Part shown: positions 22,597-33,392 of the stretch, piece by piece | Layout: each line of letters opens with the position of its first letter | Position numbering within the stretch: position 1 is the first letter of the stretch | Source of the DNA: an uncultured cyanobacterium | GTDB lineage: Bacteria; Cyanobacteriota; Cyanobacteriia; Cyanobacteriales; CAWUOF01 | DNA: 64,000 nucleotides | Reading direction: 5' to 3' | Assembly (NCBI GenBank): GCA_963744145.1 | Contig: CAVUSO010000001.1 | Location: forward strand, 7,424,001-7,488,000 | Notes under the pieces: generated by a model | Databases searched by the model: none | The model's input: the letters and a program-made list of their open reading frames with translations, nothing else | What the model was told of the DNA's origin: nothing | Position numbers and translations under genes: made by a program

Positions 22597-24693
22597 ATGC
22601 CAAAGCAAATTATTATCGCCGAGCAGCATCGTATCGCTGCTGTTTTTTCCGAAGATCAGATCCATGAGCTAATTGTTTCCAAAGGTAGTCACCAAGTCAG
22701 TGATATCTATCTGGGCGTAGTTGAGAATGTATTGCCCGGGATTGATGCAGCGTTTGTAAATATAGGTGATGCAGAACGGAACGGATTTATTCATGTCACT
22801 GACTTGGGACCATTGCGGCTCAAGCGGATATCAGGTGCGATTACAGAACTGTTAGCACCACAGCAAAAAGTCTTAGTCCAAGTGATGAAAGAACCGACCG
22901 GGACCAAAGGACCGCGGCTCACAGGTAATATCACCTTACCAGGTCGCTATTTAGTGTTAATGCCCTTTGGAAGGGGAGTAAATCTTTCCCGACGGATTAA
23001 AAGTGAAACTGAACGTAATCGTTTGCGGGCTTTAGCAATTTTAATCAAACCAGCCGGAATGGGTCTGTTAGTCCGCACCGAAGCAGAAGGAATGACCGAA
23101 GAAACGGTCATGGAAGATTTAGAAGTTTTGCAAAAACAATGGGAGGCAATTCAACGCGAAGCTAGTTCGACCCGTGCCCCAGCTCTATTGAATCGTGATG
23201 ATGATTTTATTCAGCGAGTGCTGCGGGATATGTACAGTGCTGATGTGAATCGGATTGTGGTCGATTCCCATAATGGTTTAAAACGAGTCAAACAACACTT
23301 ACTGAATTGGAGTGCTGGAAAAGCAACTCAGGGAGTGCTAGTTGACCATCATCGCGATCGCATACCAGTTCTGGAATATTTCCGGGTTAATGCAGCAATT
23401 CGCGAAGCCCTCAAACCAAGAGTTGATCTTCCCTCTGGTGGTTATATCATCATCGAACCCACGGAAGCCCTGACCGTCATCGATGTTAACTCTGGCTCAT
23501 TTACCCGTTCAGCAACAGCCCGGGAAACCGTTCTTTGGACTAATTGTGAAGCAGCCACAGAAATTGCCCGACAATTATGTTTACGAAATATTGCCGGTGT
23601 AATTATTGTCGATTTTATCGACATGGATAAACGTCAAGACCAATTACAGGTACTTGAACACTTCAACAAAGCTCTGAAAACTGACAAAGCGAGACCACAA
23701 ATTGCCCAACTATCGGAACTAGGTTTAGTCGAACTAACCCGGAAACGTCAGGGTAAAAATATTTATGAATTATTTGGTCGCGTTTGTCCCAATTGCGGTG
23801 GGTTAGGACACTTGGTGAGATTACCTGGTGAAGCTGACCTGGAAGAAGAAGAAATTGAACGTCCTGGTACAGTTGTAGTCCAGCGTGAATATCGCACCCC
23901 AGAAATTTCTAGTCGTGAAGGGTACGAGCCAGAAATTGGTAGCGAGAGCCAAGATCTTGATCTGACTAATCATCCCAGTTACCAAGAACTAAGGGGTGAA
24001 GGTCGTCGTCATCGTCGTCGGATTGGAGAAGCTCCGCTCAGAGATGATGAACTTAGACCAAGTGAACCACGTTTACCTGCGGCTTATTTGACTCCCAATC
24101 ATACTACTGGGCCGATTTTAAGTCCAGACCCCTTGGAACGCTCTAATATTCCTCTCTATGGGAATTCAGAAGTGTTTCCGCGTACCATCGTCAAAGATTC
24201 TCGTCAGATTATTGATCGGAGTAAACCAGCTAAAAGAGAGATTCCCAAGCCCATTTCGGAGCGTCCCGAAGTTGTTTCGGTGGAAATGAGTCCTCTTGAA
24301 CAAGATGTTTATGCTTGGATGGGAGTATCTCCTCTGGTGCGGGTCGAACGGGAAATTAAAAATCCTAAATCCGCGATCGTCTCAGTCCGTTTACCTGGAG
24401 AACCAGATACTACACCTGAACCGGATTTTCGGAAACCTCAAATTCCTGAACCCAGCGATCGTGAGTCTGTTCCTGTGTTTGAAGAGTCTGATGCTGAATC
24501 AGATGAACCTGAACAATTTGAACCAACTCCTCCTGTGTTGGAGGAAGTAAGTAATCAAGAGACTTATGGTTCCTCTAGTTCAGAAGATTATAGTTCCCTA
24601 TCCCTAACTGAAAATTCAGAATCGGGTGAAACGGATAGTGGAATTGCTACTCGTCGTCGTCGTCGTCGTTCCTCAGCTCTTTTTGAAGGATAG
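22597..24693 (+). CDS. rne: Ribonuclease E
   Basis: S1 domain, VIDVNSG, DFIDM, CPNCGGLG, Arg-rich C-terminus. Confidence 0.95.
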   Translation: MPKQIIIAEQHRIAAVFSEDQIHELIVSKGSHQVSDIYLGVVENVLPGIDAAFVNIGDAERNGFIHVTDLGPLRLKRISGAITELLAPQQKVLVQVMKEPTGTKGPRLTGNITLPGRYLVLMPFGRGVNLSRRIKSETERNRLRALAILIKPAGMGLLVRTEAEGMTEETVMEDLEVLQKQWEAIQREASSTRAPALLNRDDDFIQRVLRDMYSADVNRIVVDSHNGLKRVKQHLLNWSAGKATQGVLVDHHRDRIPVLEYFRVNAAIREALKPRVDLPSGGYIIIEPTEALTVIDVNSGSFTRSATARETVLWTNCEAATEIARQLCLRNIAGVIIVDFIDMDKRQDQLQVLEHFNKALKTDKARPQIAQLSELGLVELTRKRQGKNIYELFGRVCPNCGGLGHLVRLPGEADLEEEEIERPGTVVVQREYRTPEISSREGYEPEIGSESQDLDLTNHPSYQELRGEGRRHRRRIGEAPLRDDELRPSEPRLPAAYLTPNHTTGPILSPDPLERSNIPLYGNSEVFPRTIVKDSRQIIDRSKPAKREIPKPISERPEVVSVEMSPLEQDVYAWMGVSPLVRVEREIKNPKSAIVSVRLPGEPDTTPEPDFRKPQIPEPSDRESVPVFEESDAESDEPEQFEPTPPVLEEVSNQETYGSSSSEDYSSLSLTENSESGETDSGIATRRRRRRSSALFEG

Positions 24694-24742
24694 GGATGGA
24701 GTTACAACACAGAAGGGGCGCTCATTGCAATATGCCCGTACT

Positions 24743-25366
24743 ATGGATAATGGGGGAATTGTCATAACACCTGAAAACCGAGCTTCTGTGTTGTATGCTG
24801 GTGTAGATGAGGTGGGACGGGGAGCGTTATTCGGTCCGGTAGTCGCAGCAGCGGTAATTTTCCCAGATCAGGTTCTGGCTGAGTTAGCCGCGTCTGGAGT
24901 AAAAGATAGTAAGCAACTTTCTGCGGCTCAAAGATTGCGACTATCGGGTACAATCCACAAGTTGGCTTTAGATTGTCAAATTGGTGTGGCTTCGGTACGG
25001 GAAATCGATCGATTGAATATTTTACAAGCCACTTTACTGGCGATGAAAAGGGCGATCGGTAAGCTGAAAGTTAAACCTCAGTTGTGTTTGATTGATGGTA
25101 ATCAGGCTATTCCTGGTTTAGGGATTCCCCAACAAACTATAGTCAAAGGCGATCGCGAAAATTTAGCGATCGCTGCGGCTAGTATTGTTGCTAAGGTATG
25201 GCGTGATGATTTGATTGTGCGTTTGGCGGTTAAATATCCTGAATATGACTTGACAAATAATAAAGGTTATGGTAGTGCTAAACATATATTAGCTTTACAA
25301 CTTTATGGTGCTTCGGCACAACATCGTCTTTCCTTTCGCCCTTGTCGTGTCAGTCATGAAATTTAA
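24743..25366 (+). CDS. rnhB: Ribonuclease HII
   Basis: GVDEVGRG, DSKQL, IDGN, AAASIVAKV. Start codon uncertain. Confidence 0.93.
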   Translation: MDNGGIVITPENRASVLYAGVDEVGRGALFGPVVAAAVIFPDQVLAELAASGVKDSKQLSAAQRLRLSGTIHKLALDCQIGVASVREIDRLNILQATLLAMKRAIGKLKVKPQLCLIDGNQAIPGLGIPQQTIVKGDRENLAIAAASIVAKVWRDDLIVRLAVKYPEYDLTNNKGYGSAKHILALQLYGASAQHRLSFRPCRVSHEI

Positions 25367-26005
25367 AATTGTTACGGCTGTATTTGGGCTAATCTGTTTG
25401 AGCTGGACTGATCGAGCGATCGCTCAATATCGGACCGATCGTCCAACTTTTTATCAAGATGGACAACAACAATTAGAAAGAGAAATTAATCGTTTAAACC
25501 AAAAAAAACCAGATAATTTGCTGACAATTGACAGTGAAACAATTCCTTGGCAAGAATTTAAGTTTAAACCAGGGAATTTTGCTATTTTAATGCCGAATAC
25601 TCCGATCGATCAACAAGATGTTTTAACTACAACTGAGGGCACTCTAGCTTTAAAAGGGTTTAGCACACAAACAAATTCTTTATGGTTCATGGGAGCTTAT
25701 TCAGATTATCCATCAACGGCTAATTTAAGCAACTCAGAGGTAGTTTTAGCGAATGTGCGCGATCGACTTGTTGATAAGTTAGGGGTTAAATTAGTTAGGG
25801 ATAGTGCGATTACGCTAGGTGATTATCCTGGTAAAGAACTAAAGTTACAAAGTCTAACTGAGCAGATTATATTGAGGTTGTTTTTAGTAAAACAGCGTCT
25901 ATATATTATCGGAGTTAATCAGAAAAATAACGTTGATCGTTCAGAAGATATTGCGAAATTTTTAGCTTCGTTTCGATTAATACAATAAATCAAATCAATC
26001 CTAAT
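25099..26005 (+). repeat. Direct repeat copy 1 (about 907 bp: 3' part of rnhB plus downstream exported-protein gene)
   Basis: Matches 37928..38834 at a constant offset of 12829. Confidence 0.9.
25356..25988 (+). CDS. Exported hypothetical protein
   Basis: Signal-peptide-like N-terminus MKFKIVTAVFGLICLSW...AIAQ; paralog at 38185. Confidence 0.7.
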   Translation: MKFKIVTAVFGLICLSWTDRAIAQYRTDRPTFYQDGQQQLEREINRLNQKKPDNLLTIDSETIPWQEFKFKPGNFAILMPNTPIDQQDVLTTTEGTLALKGFSTQTNSLWFMGAYSDYPSTANLSNSEVVLANVRDRLVDKLGVKLVRDSAITLGDYPGKELKLQSLTEQIILRLFLVKQRLYIIGVNQKNNVDRSEDIAKFLASFRLIQ

Positions 26006-26395
26006 GAATATTATAGTCCTAAATCAGCAACCCAGATAAGCGATCGCTTGCCGATCAATAGGGTGTAGGGGCGAAGCATTCGGGCGATAATTTACCGCTT
26101 AAACCAGCAATATTAGATCCGAATGCTTCGCCCTTCTTCTGCGCCGAGCTCCCCAAAAATTCTGAACTGAATGGATTGTAATATCTAGTTGATCTGTTGG
26201 CTACATAGATGGCAGGGCAAAGCATTTCGGTAATATTATTTTTCGTTTCAGCAATTATTTATTCGCCGAAATGCTTTGCCCCTACAAGGAACTGAACTGG
26301 ATTGGTATTTAATCACCGATCGGTTGCCGATCAATGGGGTGTAGGGGCGAAGCATTCGGGCGATCATTTATCACTTAAACCAGTTAATATTATAT

Positions 26396-28639
26396 CCCAC
26401 ATTCCGCACCCTGAACTGTCACAATTCGTAATTACTGAAATAAACCTCTATCAAAGCTGAAATTTTGGCCCACTATCGTCAAAAAAGAGGTTTTTAAACC
26501 TTGATGGTCAGGTCATCAATCTCTAGTTTATTAATAATTATTAGCAATAAGTAGAAAATGAGGATTTCGGCCCGTTTTTTCAATAAATTTTGGTGTTGAC
26601 TAGCTCTCTTAACTCAGTTTTGTTAGTTAATAACTGAACAATCTCTAGTTAAGATAGGTTAATTCTTAGCTCTTAATTAAATTCAAGAACTCATTCAAGC
26701 TAAATATATTTATGCTATATTAGCAAGAGGATTAAGTGATAAATTTATAGTAGCGCCGACAATCTTCTGGTAGCAGGGTCAGGATAAATTCACGTTCATT
26801 ACTCCAATTAGATACTTGTTGTTGTTGTTGAAATGTGACCAGGTGAATTGCTTGAAAGCATTGAAATATCCATTTAGCTGTTGGACGGTCTGTTGCTTTC
26901 CCTAACTGATTTTTTATGGTTGATTTTGCTGCTGATAAAGCGGCTCGTATTTGTCTTTGTGCTAGGGTATAAACCAGTAAACCTAGCCCCATAATTGCTG
27001 CTAATGATTCGATGCGTTCGGGACTTTTCAGATAAACACTATCTGCAAAAAATGTGGGATCTTTAAGAAAACCAAATCCTCTTTCACAGGATTGCTGTGC
27101 CTTATACTCAGTCAGCATTGCCTCATTACTAATTTCGCTTTCTGCTAAAACGTTCGTCGCAATTATGAATCTACCTGCACTGTTAGTTTCTTGTTCAATT
27201 TGGCTTTTATCCTCGGTAAAACTGCCGAGAATTTGATAACACTTTTTTTGACTTTTATCTAATTTATCTGGTCTGATTTCCCTGACTTCTTTTGGTTCAA
27301 TTTGATGATATTTAAAGGATTTCGATAGGTGAGTTAATGCCTTGACTGCATCAGCTTTACAGGCAAATCTATCTTGGGATAATTTTCCTAATTCGCTGTT
27401 CAGTTTGGTGGCGGATTTACTAATTTTCTGTGATAATTTCCGTAAATCTGATTCTCTTCTTTCTTGACTTTCCACAACTAGCCATCTTTGCTTTATCCCA
27501 CCATAAGTCTGCTCTTTTGCCGCCCATGAATATCCAACTAATTTGCTTTTAGTAAATTCTGAATCTGGCAAATTTGCTACTAATTCTTGGGCTAATTTTA
27601 TCTTTAACGGTACTCGGCTTAACCACTTAATTTCCGACATTAATTTGAGATTATCTTCTGTATATAAGGCACAATCAGCTACGATTAAACTATCTACTTT
27701 TATTTGATTTTTATAATCAATTGCTATCTTCGCAAAGCATGATGAGTCGGCTTGATTTCCTGACGCTGCTTTTAAAAATATTGGGATATCTCCATCCCCG
27801 GTACATACTAATTCTATTAAAAATTGTTTTAAATCAGGTCTATGGTCACGGGAATAACCGTAATTTATTTTGATTGGTTGTCGCGATTTTATTTGGGGCT
27901 CTCCTTGGTCTGACAATTCTGGCTGACTAAATATTATCTCTGGTAATTCTTGATGATATTCCCCATGTACGTGAATTGACGATGAGTCTAGATGGGATGT
28001 ATTTAAAGATATATCAAACTTTTTAACTGCATTTAAAGTAATTGCTAAAAATATTGTATCCAGTCCTTTACTATATAGTTTATCCATCACTCTTCCCAGT
28101 TTATCGTCATTTAAATATTCGGGCTTTACCCCGGCTCCTATTAAATGTTCACAGGGAATTGATTCAAAAAATTTCGGAAACATATATAATGGTTTAGAAA
28201 TAAATCCTAACCCATTGATAATCATTGCTTTAACTGCTTGTCCAGCAGTAACTTTTTCTCCCGATTCTATCCCGATTAAATTATTAATTATTTCTACTAT
28301 TCCAATCGTATCTACTATTCCTGCTACTAACCCCAGATGGTCGATATTCTGAATTTTAATATCGTTTATGTCTACCATAGTTACCCAATTTAACGAGCCA
28401 ATTTTTGGTTCAATTATCGCATTTTTAGGCTCGATTGCAATTAATTTTTTTACTCTTTCATTTTCCGGACTTCTGCTACGGTTAATCTCTCAATAACCCA
28501 GGGCCTCTTTCTGCTCATAAATCTAGTTTAATAAAATTTATTCTCATTAATCTCATTTATGATCTTTTTGAGCCAACTTTCTTCGTCCCCAATTTTTACC
28601 CTTTTATTAAGATGTGCCAGTGAGGGTGCGGAATGTGGG
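26396..28639 (-). mobile_element. IS1634-family insertion sequence
   Basis: 17-bp terminal inverted repeat CCCACATTCCGCACCCT; 6-bp target duplication TTATAT (26390-26395 and 28640-28645). Confidence 0.92.
26732..28378 (-). CDS. IS1634-family DDE transposase
   Basis: DHLGLVAG, LNDDKLGR, HLDSSS, GYSRDHRPDLKQ, ERGFGFLKDP. Confidence 0.92.
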   Translation of the reverse strand: MVDINDIKIQNIDHLGLVAGIVDTIGIVEIINNLIGIESGEKVTAGQAVKAMIINGLGFISKPLYMFPKFFESIPCEHLIGAGVKPEYLNDDKLGRVMDKLYSKGLDTIFLAITLNAVKKFDISLNTSHLDSSSIHVHGEYHQELPEIIFSQPELSDQGEPQIKSRQPIKINYGYSRDHRPDLKQFLIELVCTGDGDIPIFLKAASGNQADSSCFAKIAIDYKNQIKVDSLIVADCALYTEDNLKLMSEIKWLSRVPLKIKLAQELVANLPDSEFTKSKLVGYSWAAKEQTYGGIKQRWLVVESQERRESDLRKLSQKISKSATKLNSELGKLSQDRFACKADAVKALTHLSKSFKYHQIEPKEVREIRPDKLDKSQKKCYQILGSFTEDKSQIEQETNSAGRFIIATNVLAESEISNEAMLTEYKAQQSCERGFGFLKDPTFFADSVYLKSPERIESLAAIMGLGLLVYTLAQRQIRAALSAAKSTIKNQLGKATDRPTAKWIFQCFQAIHLVTFQQQQQVSNWSNEREFILTLLPEDCRRYYKFIT

Positions 28640-29457
28640 TTATATCCGAATGCTTCGCCCTTTTTCTGCGCCGAGCTCCCCAAAAATTCTGAACTGAATG
28701 GATTGTAATATCTAGTTGATCTGTTGGCTACATAGATGGCAGGGCAAAGCATTTCGGTAATATTATTCTTCGTTTCAGCAATTATTTATGCGCCGAAATG
28801 CTTTGCCCCTACGAGGAACTGAACTGGATTGGTATTTAATCAGCGATCGCTTACCGATCAATGGGGTGTAGGGGCGAAGCATTCGGGCGATAATTGAACA
28901 ATCAAACCAGCAATATTAGATCCGAATGCTTCGCCCTTCTTCTGCGCCAGCTCCCCAAAAATTCTGAACTGAATGGATTGTAATATCTAGTTGATCTGTT
29001 GGCTACATAGATGGCAGGGCAAAGCATTTCGGTAATATTATCCTTCGCTTCAGCAATTATTTATGCGCCGAAATGCTTTGCCCCTACGAGGAACTGAACT
29101 GGATTGGTATTTAATCAGCGATCGGTTGCCGATCAATGGGGTGTAGGGGCGAAGCATTCGGGCGATAATTGAACAATCAAACCAGCAATATTAGATCCGA
29201 ATGCTTCGCCCTTCTTCTGCGCCAGCTCCCCAAAAATTCTGAACTGAATGGATTGTAATATCTAGTTGATCTGTTGGCTACATAGATGGCAGGGCAAAGC
29301 ATTTCGGTAATATTATCCTTCGCTTCAGCAATCATTGACGCGCCGAAATGCTTTGCCCCTACGAGGAACTGAACTGGATTGGTATTTAATCAGCGATCGG
29401 TTGCCGATCAATAGGGTGTAGGGGCGAAGCATTCGGGCGATAATTGAACAATCAAAC

Positions 29458-29481
29458 TTTACCCTGAGCGTAGTCGAAGGG
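29458..29481 (-). repeat. 24-nt small dispersed repeat inserted in a hairpin loop (other copies at 29621-29644 in opposite orientation and 30060-30083)
   Basis: TTTACCCTGAGCGTAGTCGAAGGG is present in units 5 and 7 and absent at the same site in units 3 and 4. Confidence 0.85.
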
Positions 29482-30220
29482 CAGCAATATTAGATCCGAA
29501 TGCTTCGCCCTTCTTCTGCGCCGAGCTCCCCAAAAATTCTGAACTGAATGGATTGTAATATCTAGTTGATCTGTTGGCTACATAGATGGCAGGGCAAAGC
29601 ATTTCGGTAATATTATTCTTCCCTTCGACTACGCTCAGGGTAAACGCTTCAGCAATTATTTATTCGCCGAAATGCTTTGCCCCTACGAGGAACTGAACTG
29701 GATTGATATTTAATCAGCGATCGCTAGCAGATCAATCGGGTGTAGGGGCGAAGCATTCGGGCGATAATTTACCGCTTCAACCAGTAATATTAGATCCGAA
29801 TGCTTCGCCCTTCTTCTGCGCCGAAATCCCCAAAAAATTCTTAACTGAATGGATTGTAATATCTAGTTGATCTGTTGGTTGCATAGATGGTGAGGGCAAA
29901 GCATTTCGGTAATATTATCCTTCGCTTTAGCAATTATTTATGCGCCGAAATGCTTTGCCCCTACAAGGAACTGAACTGGATTGGTATTTAATCAGCGATC
30001 GCTTGCCGATCAATCGGATGTAGGGGCGAAGCATTCGGGCGACAATTGAACAATCAAACTTTACCCTGAGCGTAGTCGAAGGGCAGCAATATTATATCCG
30101 AATGCTTCGCCCTTCTTCTGTGCCGAAATCCCCAAAAATATTATAGTTTAAGCAACTAATGAAATGCTGCAAACCTCATTCCTACGTCATCCAATTTTTC
30201 TGAAAAATATTGTTGATCTT

Positions 30221-31640
30221 GGTTCTACCGAACTATCTATGTAAAAATATTAGTTATTAGCTCGTAAAACTCCCAATTAAATAATTAATTTATATCTGAA
30301 AAATTACTGACGTGATTGACTTTGGGCGATTTTTATGTTTAAATTGGATTAGAATAATTAAGTACATCTAAGTAAAAATTGACAGCTATGGCATCTTCTT
30401 CTCAACTTCATCTAATGACTTCATTGCTGAATAGTCAAGAATTTAAAGTAGTAGATTATCAATTTCAAGAAGGGATCGGGATATTTTTACGACTAGAAAA
30501 ACGAGAATTAAAAGTTAAATGTCCTTGTTGTGAAAGCCTCACAGATAAATTACATCAAAATCATTGGTATGTAGTAAGAGATTTGGCTTTTGGTGAACAA
30601 CAAATATATTTAAAAGTCAATCGTCGTCAAATGAGATGTGACCAATGTGGCCACAAATTTAGTGAAGAGTTAAATTTAGTGAAGAAGAAAAGAAATTATA
30701 CTGAAAGATTAAGAAATAAAATTATTAAGGAAGTTTTGTCAAGTGACATAAAAAACGTGGCGATACGGTACGGATTTAGCGAGCAAGAAGTAGAGACAAT
30801 GTTAAAAGAATTAGGCGCAGAATTAATGAAAAAAAAGCCCGAAAATTTACAGCGGTTAGGAATCGATGAAATTGCCGTAGTAAAAGGGCAAAAAAATTAT
30901 TATGTAGTGTTAATAGATCTTGACCAAGGAATTGTATTAGGAATTATCGAAAACCGCAAAAAAGCCGAGATAGAAAAATACCTAGAAGCTTGGGGAGAAG
31001 AGGTTTTGGGGCAAATCCAAGAAGTAAGTATTGACCTCTGGCAAATGTATAAAAATATCGCCGAAAAATTGATACCTCAAGCAGAAGTAATCGCCGATAG
31101 ATTTCATGTAATGAAGCAAGTACAGGATGAACTAGATCAAGAAAGAAGGAAAACGAAAAGAACCGCAGAGCCATTGAAAAATAACCAAAAAAAAGAGCAA
31201 ATATTAGGCGGATTAACTAAGAGTAAATATGTCTTACTTAAAAATGAGAAAGATTTAAATGATGATGAATCTCAACGACTTAAATTAGTTAAAAAAGTTG
31301 CTCCAAAATTAGGAAAAATGCATGAGCTCAAAGAAAAATTTAGAAATATTTATGAGTCCAGTAAAGATTGGGTAGAAGGAATATTTAATTTCGCTGATTG
31401 GTTAAAAGAAGCTCAAGATTATTTCCCTCATAGTTGTGGGACAATTATCCGATGGATTGGAGAAATTATTGCCTATTTCGATCACCGAACTACTCAAGGA
31501 GTAGTCGAAGGAATTAATAATAAGTTAAAATTGATTAAAAGGCGTGGCTATGGCTTTAGGAATTTTGATAATTTTCAGCTCAGAAGTATTTTAACTTGGC
31601 ATTTTGCTAGTTAGTTTTACATAGATAGTTCGGTAGAACC
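30221..31640 (+). mobile_element. ISL3-family insertion sequence
   Basis: 26-bp perfect inverted repeat GGTTCTACCGAACTATCTATGTAAAA; 8-bp target duplication TTGATCTT (30213-30220 and 31641-31648). Confidence 0.93.
30379..31614 (+). CDS. ISL3-family transposase
   Basis: CPCC zinc finger, LGIDE, DRFHV, EGINNKLKLIKRRGYGFRNF. Confidence 0.93.
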   Translation: MTAMASSSQLHLMTSLLNSQEFKVVDYQFQEGIGIFLRLEKRELKVKCPCCESLTDKLHQNHWYVVRDLAFGEQQIYLKVNRRQMRCDQCGHKFSEELNLVKKKRNYTERLRNKIIKEVLSSDIKNVAIRYGFSEQEVETMLKELGAELMKKKPENLQRLGIDEIAVVKGQKNYYVVLIDLDQGIVLGIIENRKKAEIEKYLEAWGEEVLGQIQEVSIDLWQMYKNIAEKLIPQAEVIADRFHVMKQVQDELDQERRKTKRTAEPLKNNQKKEQILGGLTKSKYVLLKNEKDLNDDESQRLKLVKKVAPKLGKMHELKEKFRNIYESSKDWVEGIFNFADWLKEAQDYFPHSCGTIIRWIGEIIAYFDHRTTQGVVEGINNKLKLIKRRGYGFRNFDNFQLRSILTWHFAS

Positions 31641-31664
31641 TTGATCTTTTAAAAAAGTTATATG

Positions 31665-33098
31665 TTAGAGTTTAGAGAACAGAAAAGAAGACCCCGATGC
31701 TCCACTCTCAAGGTTGCACCCCCGTCCATTCACCCCCGCAGCCGCACAACACGGGAAGTGACCTAGCGGAGCAGCGCTATTAAAAGTGAGGTCAGAGTAG
31801 TTCAACCAGTTTCCTCCTTTTCTCCAGCCGACTTGATCTGCTAGTTTAACATAAGTATCCCAATCATAACTATCTAGCTTACCACCCAATTTGAGCCAGA
31901 TTTTCTTCTGGACTGAAAACCCAAATTTGTCATTAGAATACTTTAACCACAACTGGTCAATGAGCCGCAGTTCATTTTTCGGAAAATTACGACAGTTATT
32001 TGCTGTTAAGGATCTCTCTTCTTCCCTGTTCATAATTTTTAACATGACTCGAGTAGTTTCTTGATCTGCTTTTTGCCATTTTTTGTCTGATAATAATTGC
32101 TCCAGTTTTCTCAAATCAGCTCTAGATGTAACTAAATTAACTTGGGGTGCTGGAGCAAAATTAACTTGGGGTGCTGGAGCAGGTGTAGGAGAAGTAGGTT
32201 TTGGAGAAGAGCTAGTAGAATGAGGTATTTTAACATCCCCAACTTGGAGTGATGGAGCAGGTGTAGGAACCGTCATAGCATTTAACACCATTGTTGCTGT
32301 CCATCTTTTTTCTCGATCTTTTTCTAATGCTCCCTGGATGATCTCCCGATATCTTTGACTAATTTTTGACCATTCTATGCTCGGTTCTTCCTGAATTACT
32401 TTTACCATCAATTGCTGTTCTGTCTCCCCGATAAAGGGCAACTTTCCTGTCAGCATTTCTGCCATGATTACTCCTAATGACCATATATCCCATCCTGTTG
32501 CTACTACTCCCTCATAAGCTTCCGGTGGTGCGTATTCACTTGTCCCTTTTCTACTACTTGTCCTTGCTGATTTCCCAGAATTGATTGACCTCATTAACCC
32601 AAAATCTGCTAACTTCCAATGCTCCCCAACTTTAATCACATTTGCTGGTTTTACATCCCGATGTACTCGACCCTCTGGTTCTTGATGTAAATAAACTAAT
32701 GCAGCACCGATTTCCTTGACGATTTTCTCTACTTCCTCCTCTCCTAATGCCCCTGGCTTTTGCTCTAGAAGTTTTGCTAGTGTTTCTGCTCCTAATTCCA
32801 TCACTAAGTACAACATTTCTCCGATTTTAATTTGAGTTAACCCTGGCGCATAACAACGAATTAAATGTAGATGATCTAACTTTACTGCTGCAATTAATTC
32901 TTCCAGTTGTTTCTCCCGATTTTTCTGATCTCCTTCGGGTGAAATTAGCTTTACTGCTACTTGACGAATTAGCCGATCGCCTACGACTTCATCGGCACGG
33001 AAAACTGCCCCATATCCGCCCACTCCTAAGAGTTCTTTCAGGTAATATTTTCCGTCAATACATTCTGCCTCTAACAGTCGCCACAATTGTTCATTCAT
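31665..33098 (-). CDS. Ser/Thr protein kinase with one C-terminal GUN4 domain (copy A)
   Basis: LGVGGYG, VAVK, HRDVKPAN, DFG, YAPPE; GUN4 motifs WQKADQET, IDQLWLKYS..KFGFSVQKKIW, GHFP. The ATG at 33098 overlaps the PP2C remnant's stop. Confidence 0.9.
   Translation of the reverse strand: MNEQLWRLLEAECIDGKYYLKELLGVGGYGAVFRADEVVGDRLIRQVAVKLISPEGDQKNREKQLEELIAAVKLDHLHLIRCYAPGLTQIKIGEMLYLVMELGAETLAKLLEQKPGALGEEEVEKIVKEIGAALVYLHQEPEGRVHRDVKPANVIKVGEHWKLADFGLMRSINSGKSARTSSRKGTSEYAPPEAYEGVVATGWDIWSLGVIMAEMLTGKLPFIGETEQQLMVKVIQEEPSIEWSKISQRYREIIQGALEKDREKRWTATMVLNAMTVPTPAPSLQVGDVKIPHSTSSSPKPTSPTPAPAPQVNFAPAPQVNLVTSRADLRKLEQLLSDKKWQKADQETTRVMLKIMNREEERSLTANNCRNFPKNELRLIDQLWLKYSNDKFGFSVQKKIWLKLGGKLDSYDWDTYVKLADQVGWRKGGNWLNYSDLTFNSAAPLGHFPCCAAAGVNGRGCNLESGASGSSFLFSKL
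31688..31751 (-). other. Hypervariable GUN4 C-terminal segment, copy A (64 nt)
   Basis: Lies between the GHFP codons and the constant CTTTTCT anchor; unalignable with the four sister segments. Confidence 0.8.
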
Positions 33099-33339
33099 CA
33101 CCTTCAATTCCTGCTTGAACTTGAATAGCAATCACCGTAATATTATCATTACCACCATGTTCTAAAGCTGTTTCTAGACAAGTTTGAGTCAGGTTTTCCA
33201 TTGAGTTTTCCCACTGTTGCACTAAATCTAGTAACTCATCGTCTCTGACTTCACCATGTAATCCATCGCTATATAATATTAAAACATCTCTACCAAGATA
33301 ATTCCGATAACTTTTTATGTTCATCCCATTTTGGATCAA
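33091..33339 (-). pseudogene. PP2C-family phosphatase, C-terminal remnant
   Basis: DVLILYSDGL...GGNDNITVI; N-terminal half is absent. Confidence 0.8.
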
Positions 33340-33392
33340 CTGTCTGACACAATAGGATCATATCAATCAATCAAAACTCGCTAGCAAGCACT

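Larger units (their letters stand above)
26040..30140. repeat. Tandem array of ~275-bp REP/BIME-like units (six full units, one split by IS1634, plus one half unit)
   Basis: GTAGGGGCGAAGCATTCGG...CCGAATGCTTCGCCC starts at 26065, 26341, 28868, 29143, 29418, 29742 and 30020; each full unit also has an inverted hairpin GGGCAAAGCATTTCGG...CCGAAATGCTTTGCCCCTAC. Confidence 0.92.

Noticed and set aside
28528..28752. Short ORFs here, at 45054-45254 and at 55872-56102
   Set aside because: They run through repeat elements or IS ends.
26040..30140. CRISPR array
   Set aside because: Units are ~275 bp with conserved rather than unique spacers, and there are no cas genes in the window.
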